Of a stretch of 64,000 nt of DNA, positions 55,648 to 64,000 are shown one piece after another. The notes under the pieces were generated by a model that was not told the origin of the DNA, ran no database searches, and saw nothing but the letters and a program-made list of their open reading frames with translations. A program made the position numbers and the translations under genes. The stretch's first letter is position 1; each line of letters begins with the position of its first letter. Source of the DNA: an uncultured virus (IMG/VR IMGVR_UViG_3300022833_000008) (Duplodnaviria; Heunggongvirae; Uroviricota; Caudoviricetes); IMG/VR virus record IMGVR_UViG_3300022833_000008, one strand, 5' to 3'.

Positions 55648-58232
55648 TGCCGGACCAGTTACTATTACAATTATTTATTTTTGCAGCTTCTACTGCATAC
55701 CAAATATCTCAACAAAACAAAATGAAAAGACAAGCCGATAAGCGTAAAGGTTTTAACATAACTGTTTCTGGAACAGCGGAACACTTACCTATTGTTTATG
55801 GTAAAAACATGTTAGGTGGGATAGAAGTAAAACATAGCGTAACAGATAGTTTTTCTTCCGCTACAAGTACTTCCTCTAAAGATTTTTTAAAAGGCTTTAC
55901 AAACACAAACAAGAGCGGTTCTAAAAATGAATTCTTGCACGTACAGTACGCACTGTGCCAGCAAGGTATTGAAGGTGTTCAGTGGGTTAAGGTTAACGGA
56001 CAACACTACAACTCAAATCAAGAAAAGTTTAAACACTTCATTAGAACTTTCAACAATGGAGGTAGTGCAGATCCCGTTGCTACAACTAACGGCATCCCGT
56101 CAACTAACACTTTTACTAAAACTGCCTTTGCTTCTTCAACTTTCAGTCTTGATCGTGATGAGTACAACTACAACGGAATTCCTCAACTAGAGTTCCTTGT
56201 GAAAGGCCGCAAAGTTCGGTGGGTTAAAAAGATTTCAGGCGTTTATAGCTTAAGCGCCGAGTATGTGTATTCTAATAACCCTGCACTGTGTCTTTTAGAC
56301 TATCTAACAAGCGATGACTTTGGGAGAGGTCTCGATACAAATCAAGTTGACCTAGAATCTTTTTATAATGCCGCAGACGTTTGTGACACTATCGTCGCAA
56401 CTTCTCGCACTATTGGGGGCAAGGTCAACGGACAAAAAACAGTAACCACGGTAGCCAACAATAACTCTCGACCCACAAATCTTGAAAAACACACCTATGA
56501 GAATGAGGTTTGGTTTACAACAGATAGCGGAAAATACTGGTACTGGAATAAAACAGTCTGGGTTGAGACTACTTTAACATCAACTCGTCCAATACCTTTG
56601 TATGAATGTAACATAACACTTGACACAGAAGATAACATTCGCAACAACATTGAACGTATCTTGTCTACAATGGGTATGGCAGAAATGACGTGGTCTTCTG
56701 AAGGTAAGTATAAGCTACTCGTTGAGTACCCGACTACCCTAGAACAACAGAATAGCCTTGTAGATGCTAGTAACTATTTTACAGATGATGATGTTATCCG
56801 CGATGCTATTAGTATCTCTTGGCCTTCCGCTTCAGACCGACTAAACCAAGCAACAGTTAGCTTCTTGAACGAGCATGAAGACTTTAAAGAAGACTCTATG
56901 ACTTGGCCTACGTCCTTCTCTACAGTTCATAACACATACCTCACAGAAGACAACAACCAACCTTTCCAAGCGGACTTTTCTGCAGATGGAGTGACAGACC
57001 CTTACCACGCACTAGCAATGGCAGAGCAAGCTGTTCGTATGGCCAGAACTATGTTTACTATTTCCTTGACAGTATCTAAGAAAGGCTTAAATCTAGAACC
57101 TGGTGATTTTATTAACCTCACTTCAAATTCGTTAGCAATCACTGAAGAAGTGTTTCGTGTACAGTCTATTGAAGTTATGACGGACTTCACAGTAAAGTTA
57201 ACTTGCTACAAGTTTGAATACCAGAATCTTGCATGGAATGTGGATGACGATATTGCTTACATTGAAGCTCCTGTGTTTGACTTCACGGTAGAACCCCCGA
57301 CTGCTTTTAATTACACACAAGGGGCAACAACAACAATTGGCACTTCTTCTGGTAAGCTTTCTTGGGTTCTTGCTAATGATATCGTTGCAACTGAATATCT
57401 TTTAGAGATCTCAGGAGACAACGGTAATACATGGGAAAACCTCGGAGTAACCCGTGCAAATGTCTTTGATGTTGGTGGGTTAGTTACTGGTGTTTATGAT
57501 TTTAGTATAAGATCTCGATCCCCTGCAGGTACTCTTTCTACAAGAGTAACGGTAGAGAATGTTACAATCCAGTTGCTAACTTTAGGCAAAGTTGCGGTTA
57601 TCTATGCAAACACTGAAAATGCCGTAACAAACAACCAGAGCTACAACCTTGGTTCTAACACATATGTTGCCTATTACTCTTATACAGGCGACTTACCTAC
57701 GCTACCGATTCGTTCTAGTATTGAGTTTGCGTTGTTTGTCGGAGAAAACGGCGAGGCTGGTGAAGACGGTGAAGACGGTGAAGACGGCTCCGCAGGTCCG
57801 CGTGGTGCAGGTTGGTGGCGTTATGAAACAGGAACCTCGGATACAACTGTAGGTCTTTCTAACTCAACACTAGATTCTTTCTTTTCTACGGCAACGGGTC
57901 TATCGATTGTTTCAGGCGACAGGCTCATTGTTGTTAACACTGCTGACCTCGCTACAGGTTACTTGCGAAACAACGCCAACACATCTTGGGTTGAGCAAGC
58001 TGAGTTTATCGATGGAAATTTGCTCGTATCAGGAACAGTTACAACAAGCGCTTTAGATGCAGGGGCTGTTACAGCAGATAAAATTAATGTTACTAGTCTC
58101 AGCGCAGTTTCTGCCACACTTGGTACATTTCAAAGTGCAGTTTCAGGAGAAAGACTTGTAATTGAAGATGGTGTCATATCTGTGTATGACTCTTCAAATG
58201 TAATTAGAGTAAAGATAGGGAATTTGTCATAA
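55647..58232 (+). CDS. Central tail fibre / tail tip protein (gpJ-like)
   Basis: LPIVYG, VKGRKV, SNNPALCLLDYL, LEPGD, FN3-like block, GEDGEDG, ends RVKIGNLS. Confidence 0.85.
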   Translation: MPDQLLLQLFIFAASTAYQISQQNKMKRQADKRKGFNITVSGTAEHLPIVYGKNMLGGIEVKHSVTDSFSSATSTSSKDFLKGFTNTNKSGSKNEFLHVQYALCQQGIEGVQWVKVNGQHYNSNQEKFKHFIRTFNNGGSADPVATTNGIPSTNTFTKTAFASSTFSLDRDEYNYNGIPQLEFLVKGRKVRWVKKISGVYSLSAEYVYSNNPALCLLDYLTSDDFGRGLDTNQVDLESFYNAADVCDTIVATSRTIGGKVNGQKTVTTVANNNSRPTNLEKHTYENEVWFTTDSGKYWYWNKTVWVETTLTSTRPIPLYECNITLDTEDNIRNNIERILSTMGMAEMTWSSEGKYKLLVEYPTTLEQQNSLVDASNYFTDDDVIRDAISISWPSASDRLNQATVSFLNEHEDFKEDSMTWPTSFSTVHNTYLTEDNNQPFQADFSADGVTDPYHALAMAEQAVRMARTMFTISLTVSKKGLNLEPGDFINLTSNSLAITEEVFRVQSIEVMTDFTVKLTCYKFEYQNLAWNVDDDIAYIEAPVFDFTVEPPTAFNYTQGATTTIGTSSGKLSWVLANDIVATEYLLEISGDNGNTWENLGVTRANVFDVGGLVTGVYDFSIRSRSPAGTLSTRVTVENVTIQLLTLGKVAVIYANTENAVTNNQSYNLGSNTYVAYYSYTGDLPTLPIRSSIEFALFVGENGEAGEDGEDGEDGSAGPRGAGWWRYETGTSDTTVGLSNSTLDSFFSTATGLSIVSGDRLIVVNTADLATGYLRNNANTSWVEQAEFIDGNLLVSGTVTTSALDAGAVTADKINVTSLSAVSATLGTFQSAVSGERLVIEDGVISVYDSSNVIRVKIGNLS

Positions 58233-58636
58233 TGGGTTATGGTTTTGAAAGTTATAAAACAGACGGTTCATCTCTAATTAGCTCGACGGATGGGGTGGCA
58301 AGATTGATATACGCCAGTGATCGTGCAGAATCTTTCAATGGTAATATCAGTGTTCCAGACTTTGACATTAATTTAGGTTACTTTGCTGCCAAAGTTTATC
58401 CGCACTTAAATTCATATTTTATGGGCAGATTTACGAGCCAGCCAAAATCAGAAGCATCTTCATGGAGTAGTGTTTCATACATGAAAGCTTATCAGCAACA
58501 AAACAGATCTCCCTCGTTGTCGTGGAATAACTCTACAAAAGTGTTGAGCGTAACATCAAATAACAGTTCCGAAAACAACAACAACAGAGTTAATTATAGA
58601 TACAGGTATAGAATAATAATGGTGCATTACAAATGA
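58232..58636 (+). CDS. Tail tip accessory protein
   Basis: MGYGFE..DG start typical of genes after gpJ. Confidence 0.55.
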   Translation: MGYGFESYKTDGSSLISSTDGVARLIYASDRAESFNGNISVPDFDINLGYFAAKVYPHLNSYFMGRFTSQPKSEASSWSSVSYMKAYQQQNRSPSLSWNNSTKVLSVTSNNSSENNNNRVNYRYRYRIIMVHYK

Positions 58637-59553
58637 GTTTTGGGTTAGAAGTTAAAAACGCTTTTGGCGAAAACATTATAGATACAACGGAAGGATACAC
58701 CTATTATCATAAGTCTTCTGGCAGCACAAAAAAGCGAAGCAGCGCACCGACCTACATTTCTTCGGGCGGCAGTGCTGGGTATTTAAGCGTAATAAATGGT
58801 GAACATCTTTTGCCGTTTGGTACGGGTGTAAAACCATTTCACCTTCAAAAAAGCTATTACTCAACCTATACTACGAATCCTGTGTTTTGTTGGGCAACGC
58901 CTTCTTGGGGATACATAATTGGTAAATCGGGATCGTCTCAAGAAAACCATAGTTTTCCGAAGCCCGTATCTACAAATAAGAACGATATAATATTTTTTAA
59001 AGTACCAACAGAAGGTCTTCTTTCGATGGACTCTGTATGGTTCAATTTTACGGGAAGTGATCGTAGAGGTGAAAAAGTAGATGTCGGGTTACACGGAACT
59101 TGTTGCCCACACCCAAGTTTCAATGGAACAGTAGAATATAAAGTTGTGTCAACAGACTTACCTGCACCGTTTACAGACCACGGTCTTCGTGTTTTTGGAA
59201 GCAACGGTTCTGACATAAAATTCGATACTTCGCGGGAAATAGCTTCATTCTCAGACCATGTTTTCTTAACCGCTGCTCAACAGGAAAGTGTTATAAAAAA
59301 CGGTGCAACGATCAACATTACGTTGAGGAAACCCATTTCTAATCTATGGATGGCAAATGCGTCAGGAGTTAATTCCTCAAAAAGAACGTATTATAACTCT
59401 AGCGGAATGACAACTTGGTTAGCACGCTACAGACTTACAAGTCCTACAAATCTACAAGTTAGTCGTGTAACACTACGAGCCACAGGGGTAAATTGGGCAA
59501 CTACAACTCTTGAAATGTACGACGATGTTTTGTTTATTCTAGGTGACTATTAA
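58633..59553 (+). CDS. Putative receptor-binding tail protein
   Basis: MSFGLEVKNA.G...ID and HGLRVF..NG...FDT repeats. Confidence 0.6.
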   Translation: MSFGLEVKNAFGENIIDTTEGYTYYHKSSGSTKKRSSAPTYISSGGSAGYLSVINGEHLLPFGTGVKPFHLQKSYYSTYTTNPVFCWATPSWGYIIGKSGSSQENHSFPKPVSTNKNDIIFFKVPTEGLLSMDSVWFNFTGSDRRGEKVDVGLHGTCCPHPSFNGTVEYKVVSTDLPAPFTDHGLRVFGSNGSDIKFDTSREIASFSDHVFLTAAQQESVIKNGATINITLRKPISNLWMANASGVNSSKRTYYNSSGMTTWLARYRLTSPTNLQVSRVTLRATGVNWATTTLEMYDDVLFILGDY

Positions 59554-59619
59554 TACATCGAATGAGATTACACTATACTCCTTCTTAGGTGTATATAAAA
59601 ACAAAATAAGGAATGACGT

Positions 59620-60021
59620 ATGTCAGTATCAATTATTACTCTTTTAGCACCTATTATTGGAGATTTAGTTAAAAAGCTAATCCCTGACGCAGACAAAGCT
59701 AAAGACATTGAAAAAGAAGTAAAGTTGGCTTTACTAGATCACACAGACTCTCTCGAATCTATCCGAGGGAGTATTGTACTTAGCGAAACAAAATCAGACA
59801 GTTGGTTGACCGCCACATGGCGACCCTTACTTATGATGGTCATTGTCTCTATTGTGGCAATGAACTACCTCATATTTCCACTAATAGGTTTAATGTTTGG
59901 TGTTGAACTTATGATCGACCTTCCTGAAGAACTTTGGGGTCTTCTCCAAATCGGCGTAGGTGGTTATGTTGTAGGTCGATCTGGTGAGAAAATGATAGAA
60001 AAATGGAGTGACTCAAAATGA
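59620..60021 (+). CDS. Holin (3-TM, GTA-holin-like)
   Basis: E.KS.SWL...WRPL...LP.ELW.LL.IGVGGYVVGRSGEK. Confidence 0.85.
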   Translation: MSVSIITLLAPIIGDLVKKLIPDADKAKDIEKEVKLALLDHTDSLESIRGSIVLSETKSDSWLTATWRPLLMMVIVSIVAMNYLIFPLIGLMFGVELMIDLPEELWGLLQIGVGGYVVGRSGEKMIEKWSDSK

Positions 60022-60533
60022 AGACGACTAAAATGTTTAAAGATAAACCTCAAGCAAAAGATAAAAAGGAACCTAAATTGAAAACTTATGATTGGCATTT
60101 CGGAAATCGTTCTGAAATGAAGATGGTAGACGTAGATGCTCGACTTATTGAAGTTGTACGTCTTGCCCTGCCACTTAGCCCTATTGATTTTGGTATTACT
60201 TGTGGGCTACGTTCTCAACACGAACAAAACCAATTACTTGCACAAGGTAAGACACAAGCCCGTTACTCTCGTCATCAGGACGGAATGGCAATTGATGTTG
60301 TTGCGTATGAGAATGGTAAGGTGTCTTGGGAACTTGAACACTACATTACTATTGCGGACGCTTTCGCTAAGGCTTGTAAGCAGACAAAGCTAGGTGTTCG
60401 TTGGGGGGGTGGTTGGCCGTTCTACCTTGATGAACATACAGGCAAAGAGTCTCATGACGCCTATCTTGAAATGAAAAGACTACAGGGCAGACGAGCATTT
60501 ATTGACGGGCCTCACTACGAAATCCCCAAATAA
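60018..60533 (+). CDS. Endolysin, peptidase M15 family
   Basis: DFGITCGLRS...Q..L...G......SRH..G.AID...RWGG.W...DGPHYE. Confidence 0.9.
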   Translation: MKTTKMFKDKPQAKDKKEPKLKTYDWHFGNRSEMKMVDVDARLIEVVRLALPLSPIDFGITCGLRSQHEQNQLLAQGKTQARYSRHQDGMAIDVVAYENGKVSWELEHYITIADAFAKACKQTKLGVRWGGGWPFYLDEHTGKESHDAYLEMKRLQGRRAFIDGPHYEIPK

Positions 60534-60534
60534 T

Positions 60535-60554
60535 AAATACCCGCAAATAATGAT
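60535..60554 (+). promoter_or_regulatory. Putative phage RNAP promoter, motif A
   Basis: Exact copy. Confidence 0.85.
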
Positions 60555-60655
60555 ACAGTGGAGCAGGCTCTCAAGTCTGACAGCTCCTCTGTCTTCAAGA
60601 TGACCGGAATACATCTAGTTAGGGTGGGTTAATTCTCACCCTGACGACCTTATTT
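60555..60655 (+). ncRNA. Candidate structured small RNA
   Basis: No credible ORF; three hairpins with G.U pairs between two tandem promoters. Confidence 0.5.
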
Positions 60656-60666
60656 CTATCAAGAAT

Positions 60667-60686
60667 AAATACCCGCAAATAATGAT
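60667..60686 (+). promoter_or_regulatory. Putative phage RNAP promoter, motif A
   Basis: Exact copy upstream of portal. Confidence 0.85.
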
Positions 60687-60825
60687 AGTAGGTGTCCCTA
60701 ATTAAAGGGATAATTTAAGTATATCTAAAGGTATAATAGTGATTATGTTTGTCTTTAAATATACTTAACAAAACAAAACAACTAGAAGGGCTTTATTGCC
60801 TGTTAACCAGATAATGAGGTAAATA

Positions 60826-62400
60826 ATGGCTCTAATTAAAACAGCAGCTAATACAACTAAACGTGGAGTAGAAACACCTTCTGCAGCTTACTTGTCTATG
60901 AAACCACTTTGGAAGAAAGCTCGGGCAATTCTTCAAGGTGAAGCTAATGCTAAGGCACATGATGACTTGCTGAAGTACGACTATAGCAACTTACTACTAC
61001 CTTTCTCTCCAAGTATGACTGCTGCACAGTATGACTTTTATAAAGCTGAGGCTGAACTTCCGGGTTTAACTACCCAGTATGCAAGAGTATTGATTAGTGC
61101 ATTGTTGCGTAAACCATCTTCTTTAGAACTACCTGACGCTCTTGACGATAGTGTAAAAGAGTGGTTAACAAAAGATATTACCTTAGACGGTGCTTCTCTG
61201 TTTAACTTCTTAGATGCTGCTATCTGGGAAGAACTCCAAACTTCTCGTGCTTGGGTTTATGTTGATCGTCCAACTATTTCTGATGAAGAGCTAGAAGATA
61301 TGGACCCTGAAGTCAGAGATATGATTTCACCGTATCCTGTTTTGATCAGAGCAGAAAATGTAATTAACGTACAATTGAGCACACACCCTGTTACAAGGGT
61401 AAAGACACTCAGCCGTTGGGTTACTAGATACATTTCTGAAGAATTTACTCTTGACAACCCTTGGCATCCAAGTTATGTTGATACTGTTTGTGATCACTAC
61501 CTTGATGAACAAGGTTTCTTAGTTCTTGATTATTACAAAAAATCAGGAGGAGGCCAGCAAGTAGAAGCTCTCAATGGAGAAATTTCTCAAGAATACGCCG
61601 ACTCTGCTGCTGGTGGTTTTACTAAGTATGATACTAAATTCCCAATGAAGTTTGGTAAACGCCTAAGTCGTATTCCTGCTTGGCCTCTTAATGGGCAGCT
61701 AGACGCGGTAGAACCTGTACTTATGCCCTTGATCGATAGAGAAGTTGCACTGTATAATAAAGTTTCTCGTCGTAACCACCTTTTAATGGGTGCTGCTACT
61801 TATACTCCAATTGTTCAATCTGATATGACAGATGAAGAGTTTGACAAGCTTTGTGATGCGGGTTTAGGTTCTTGGCTACGAGTTCGTAAAGATGAATCTA
61901 TTACTGTTTTAGAAACACCTACTAGTGCGCTTGCAGACATGGATCGAGCTATCGAAGCTACAGTTGGTGAAATGGCTAAGATGGGTATTCGAATGTTATC
62001 TCCGGAACAAGCCGCTTCAGGTATTGCTTTAGAGATTCGTAACGCTTCTCAAACTGCACAGCTAGGGACTCTTAACGCTAAGATTTCCGGTACTATGCAA
62101 GAAATTATTTCTTTTATGATCAACTGGAAGTACGATACTGACTTGACAGGTAATGATGTTGAATTTCAGCTTTCTTCTGACTTTGCTGCTACTGTTGGCG
62201 GTGAAGGTGCAATGCGCTTGGTAGCTGAGTGGTATCAGTCCGGTGTTATTGATCGTAATACTTTCGTCACAATTGCCAAGTTTAATGATTTTCTTCCAGC
62301 TGACTATAATGATGAAGAAGCCACAAAGTCAATTCAAACTGACCCTTTAGTGGCAAATCCTAACTCACAGGAATCACAAGTCACAATGGAAGATATGTAA
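60826..62400 (+). CDS. Portal protein (DUF4055-like)
   Basis: 524 aa; YDFYKAEA, AWVYVD, PY..LI.AENVIN; precedes head-morphogenesis gene. Confidence 0.8.
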   Translation: MALIKTAANTTKRGVETPSAAYLSMKPLWKKARAILQGEANAKAHDDLLKYDYSNLLLPFSPSMTAAQYDFYKAEAELPGLTTQYARVLISALLRKPSSLELPDALDDSVKEWLTKDITLDGASLFNFLDAAIWEELQTSRAWVYVDRPTISDEELEDMDPEVRDMISPYPVLIRAENVINVQLSTHPVTRVKTLSRWVTRYISEEFTLDNPWHPSYVDTVCDHYLDEQGFLVLDYYKKSGGGQQVEALNGEISQEYADSAAGGFTKYDTKFPMKFGKRLSRIPAWPLNGQLDAVEPVLMPLIDREVALYNKVSRRNHLLMGAATYTPIVQSDMTDEEFDKLCDAGLGSWLRVRKDESITVLETPTSALADMDRAIEATVGEMAKMGIRMLSPEQAASGIALEIRNASQTAQLGTLNAKISGTMQEIISFMINWKYDTDLTGNDVEFQLSSDFAATVGGEGAMRLVAEWYQSGVIDRNTFVTIAKFNDFLPADYNDEEATKSIQTDPLVANPNSQESQVTMEDM

Positions 62401-62481
62401 GTTAGAGCAGGTCGCGGTCTCAAACGATGTCACAGGCGTCACATCAATGAGAAGCTTGGTTCGATTCCATAACTAACACCA
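62401..62481 (+). ncRNA. tRNA-like element / degenerate tRNA
   Basis: GTTAG/CTAAC stem, GGTTCGATTCC T-arm, 3' ACCA; no canonical D-arm or anticodon loop. Confidence 0.5.
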
Positions 62482-62524
62482 AAATAAAAGGCATCCTTGA
62501 TATAATTTTACAAGGGTGTCTTGC

Positions 62525-62600
62525 GCTGCAATAACTCAGTTGGTAGAGTGCTTCACTTGTAATGAAGATGTCCGGAGTTCGAACCTTCGTTGCAGCACCA
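62525..62600 (+). tRNA. tRNA-Thr(UGU)
   Basis: Cloverleaf, CTTCA-CTTGTAA-TGAAG anticodon arm, encoded CCA. Confidence 0.92.
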
Positions 62601-62604
62601 ATAA

Positions 62605-62681
62605 CCGTGCATAGCTCAAATGGATAGAGCAAGATTTTTCTACAGTCTAGGTTGTGGGTTCAAGTCCTACTGCGCGGTCCA
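62605..62681 (+). tRNA. tRNA-Arg(UCU)
   Basis: Cloverleaf, AGATT-TTTCTAC-AGTCT anticodon arm, encoded CCA. Confidence 0.88.
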
Positions 62682-62702
62682 AGTATTACACTAATAAAAT
62701 AT

Positions 62703-62777
62703 TCTCTGTAGCGCACAAGGTGTGCGGTCTGACTGTTAATCAGCTGTAGCTTGGTTCGATTCCAAGACAGAGAGCCA
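62703..62777 (+). tRNA. tRNA-Asn(GUU)
   Basis: TCTCTGT/ACAGAGA acceptor, CTGA-CTGTTAA-TCAG anticodon arm, encoded CCA. Confidence 0.9.
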
Positions 62778-62881
62778 ATATTTAACCTAGCTGGATAGGT
62801 AAAGCCTGTAAAACGACCCTGCTGGGGTTTGGCGTCCAGACTTATAAATCAATCTCACGAATGAAGTAATGGGGAAAACTT

Positions 62882-64000
62882 ATGTCTATTAACGAAAAGA
62901 TCTTTGACCGTATTGTTGACCATAGCGGTGATGTACGTTTATACGAAAACGGAGTCCAAGCGAAGAATAATACAATTCTTAAAAAACACAGGTTTAACCT
63001 TAGAGACCTTCTAAAAGGAAACTTGAGGTCTAATGTCAAACCCGAGGTAACTCGTTTTGCTAAAGAATTAAATGATCACAACGTTAAGAGTATGCTAGAC
63101 TTTAGCAACTCCCAGACTGTTTTCCACACAAATAACTTAAACGCAGAAGTGAAAAACTTCTATAGACTTCAAAAACCAAAGACTAAAGACCTTCTCCTTG
63201 AGATTACTGGCCCTCAGATTAAAGGTGTTAAGTCTCTTTCTGGCAACGTTAAAAACATTGCTTCTGGTGAACTAGTCCGTATTCAAACTAAAGTAAAAGG
63301 TGGCCTTGCTAGAGGTCTAACCCCTGATGAAATTATCGATGATGTTTTAAAAACAACTAAGATTACAGAACATCAGGCGCGTACTTTAACAAGAACTTCT
63401 ATTACAGCTACACAAACGAACGCCTTGAATAGTGTTATGTCTGCAAACTCTGACTTGATCAGTGGTTTTATGTTTACTGCAATCTTAGACGGTAGAACAA
63501 GCGCTGTATGCTCTTATCACAACGGCAAAGTTTATGACATTGGTGATAATAGGTTTAAACCCCCTCTGCACTGGCAGTGCCGATCAACAATGGTTCCTGT
63601 AATCAAGAGTCAAGAGGAACTATTAAGTCTTCCTTTAGCTAACGTAAAACCCAGGAACTTGGCAAAAGTACACCCTTCAGAACTAACGGGTATAATGCCA
63701 GCTATTCGAACTTACTCCGCTTGGCTGCGTACACAAGGTTCTAACGTACAAATTAAGATGCTAGGCGGTGAGCGTCAAGCTAAACTATTCCAAGACGGTA
63801 AGTTAGAAGCTTCAGAGTTTGTTTCCCCAGAAGGTAAAGCACTTTCTATTATGGGTTTAATGCGTAGAGCAAATCAAACTATTAAGCGACCTACTTCGAC
63901 TAACGATAGTAATACAACTTTAAGATTTTCTAACCCTAAAGAACTAATGGAGTCTAAAGCAAATAGAGCCGCCTTGCTAGATCACTTTAAGAATGACGCA
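62882..64000 (+). CDS. Head morphogenesis protein (Mu gpF/SPP1 gp7 family), 3' truncated; absent from ORF track
   Basis: Open frame from ATG 62882; ARTLTRT, AILDGRTSAVC, PPLHWQCRSTMVP. Confidence 0.9.
   Translation, partial: MSINEKIFDRIVDHSGDVRLYENGVQAKNNTILKKHRFNLRDLLKGNLRSNVKPEVTRFAKELNDHNVKSMLDFSNSQTVFHTNNLNAEVKNFYRLQKPKTKDLLLEITGPQIKGVKSLSGNVKNIASGELVRIQTKVKGGLARGLTPDEIIDDVLKTTKITEHQARTLTRTSITATQTNALNSVMSANSDLISGFMFTAILDGRTSAVCSYHNGKVYDIGDNRFKPPLHWQCRSTMVPVIKSQEELLSLPLANVKPRNLAKVHPSELTGIMPAIRTYSAWLRTQGSNVQIKMLGGERQAKLFQDGKLEASEFVSPEGKALSIMGLMRRANQTIKRPTSTNDSNTTLRFSNPKELMESKANRAALLDHFKNDA

Noticed and set aside
57748..57810. GAAGACGGT tandem repeat as a VNTR system
   Set aside because: Explained by a short collagen-like G-E-D linker in the tail tip protein
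17224..60686. Repeated 20-mers as a CRISPR array or att sites
   Set aside because: Dispersed, not regularly spaced; no cas or integrase gene; positions fit promoters
62401..62481. tmRNA or selenocysteine tRNA
   Set aside because: No Ala acceptor identity, no tag reading frame and no UCA anticodon loop in a proper arm

Overview
This window is most of a lytic tailed-phage (siphovirus-like) genome, with every credible gene on the + strand. The order is: neck and tail-tube genes and a 2340-aa tape measure (1-10.4 kb); small early genes (10.5-14.5 kb); a T7-type single-subunit RNA polymerase; and a replication/nucleotide module mixed with many small accessory ORFs (17-41.5 kb; SSB, family A DNA polymerase, 5'-3' exonuclease, primase-helicase, class II RNR, ClpP, glutaredoxin). 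A late region follows with terminase, fibre-like proteins, PhoH, tail tip, holin/endolysin, portal, three tRNAs and a truncated head-morphogenesis gene. No capsid gene, integrase or CRISPR is visible. A DUF1127-like protein, a GTA-type 3-TM holin, a SleB-type hydrolase and B12-dependent NrdJ suggest an alphaproteobacterial, possibly Rhodobacteraceae, host (inference). The main unexplained signals are: (i) five exact copies of a 20-bp putative phage-RNAP promoter plus a related early class; (ii) a separate 15-bp motif TTGTACGGGCYTTGY found five times, both between and inside genes and on both strands; (iii) a promoter-flanked three-hairpin small RNA candidate before the portal; (iv) a 37-bp G.U-rich hairpin; (v) a tRNA-like RNA with no anticodon loop; and (vi) shuffled families of small modular genes sharing start/junction sequences. 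All calls are from motif reading by eye; no database searches were run.
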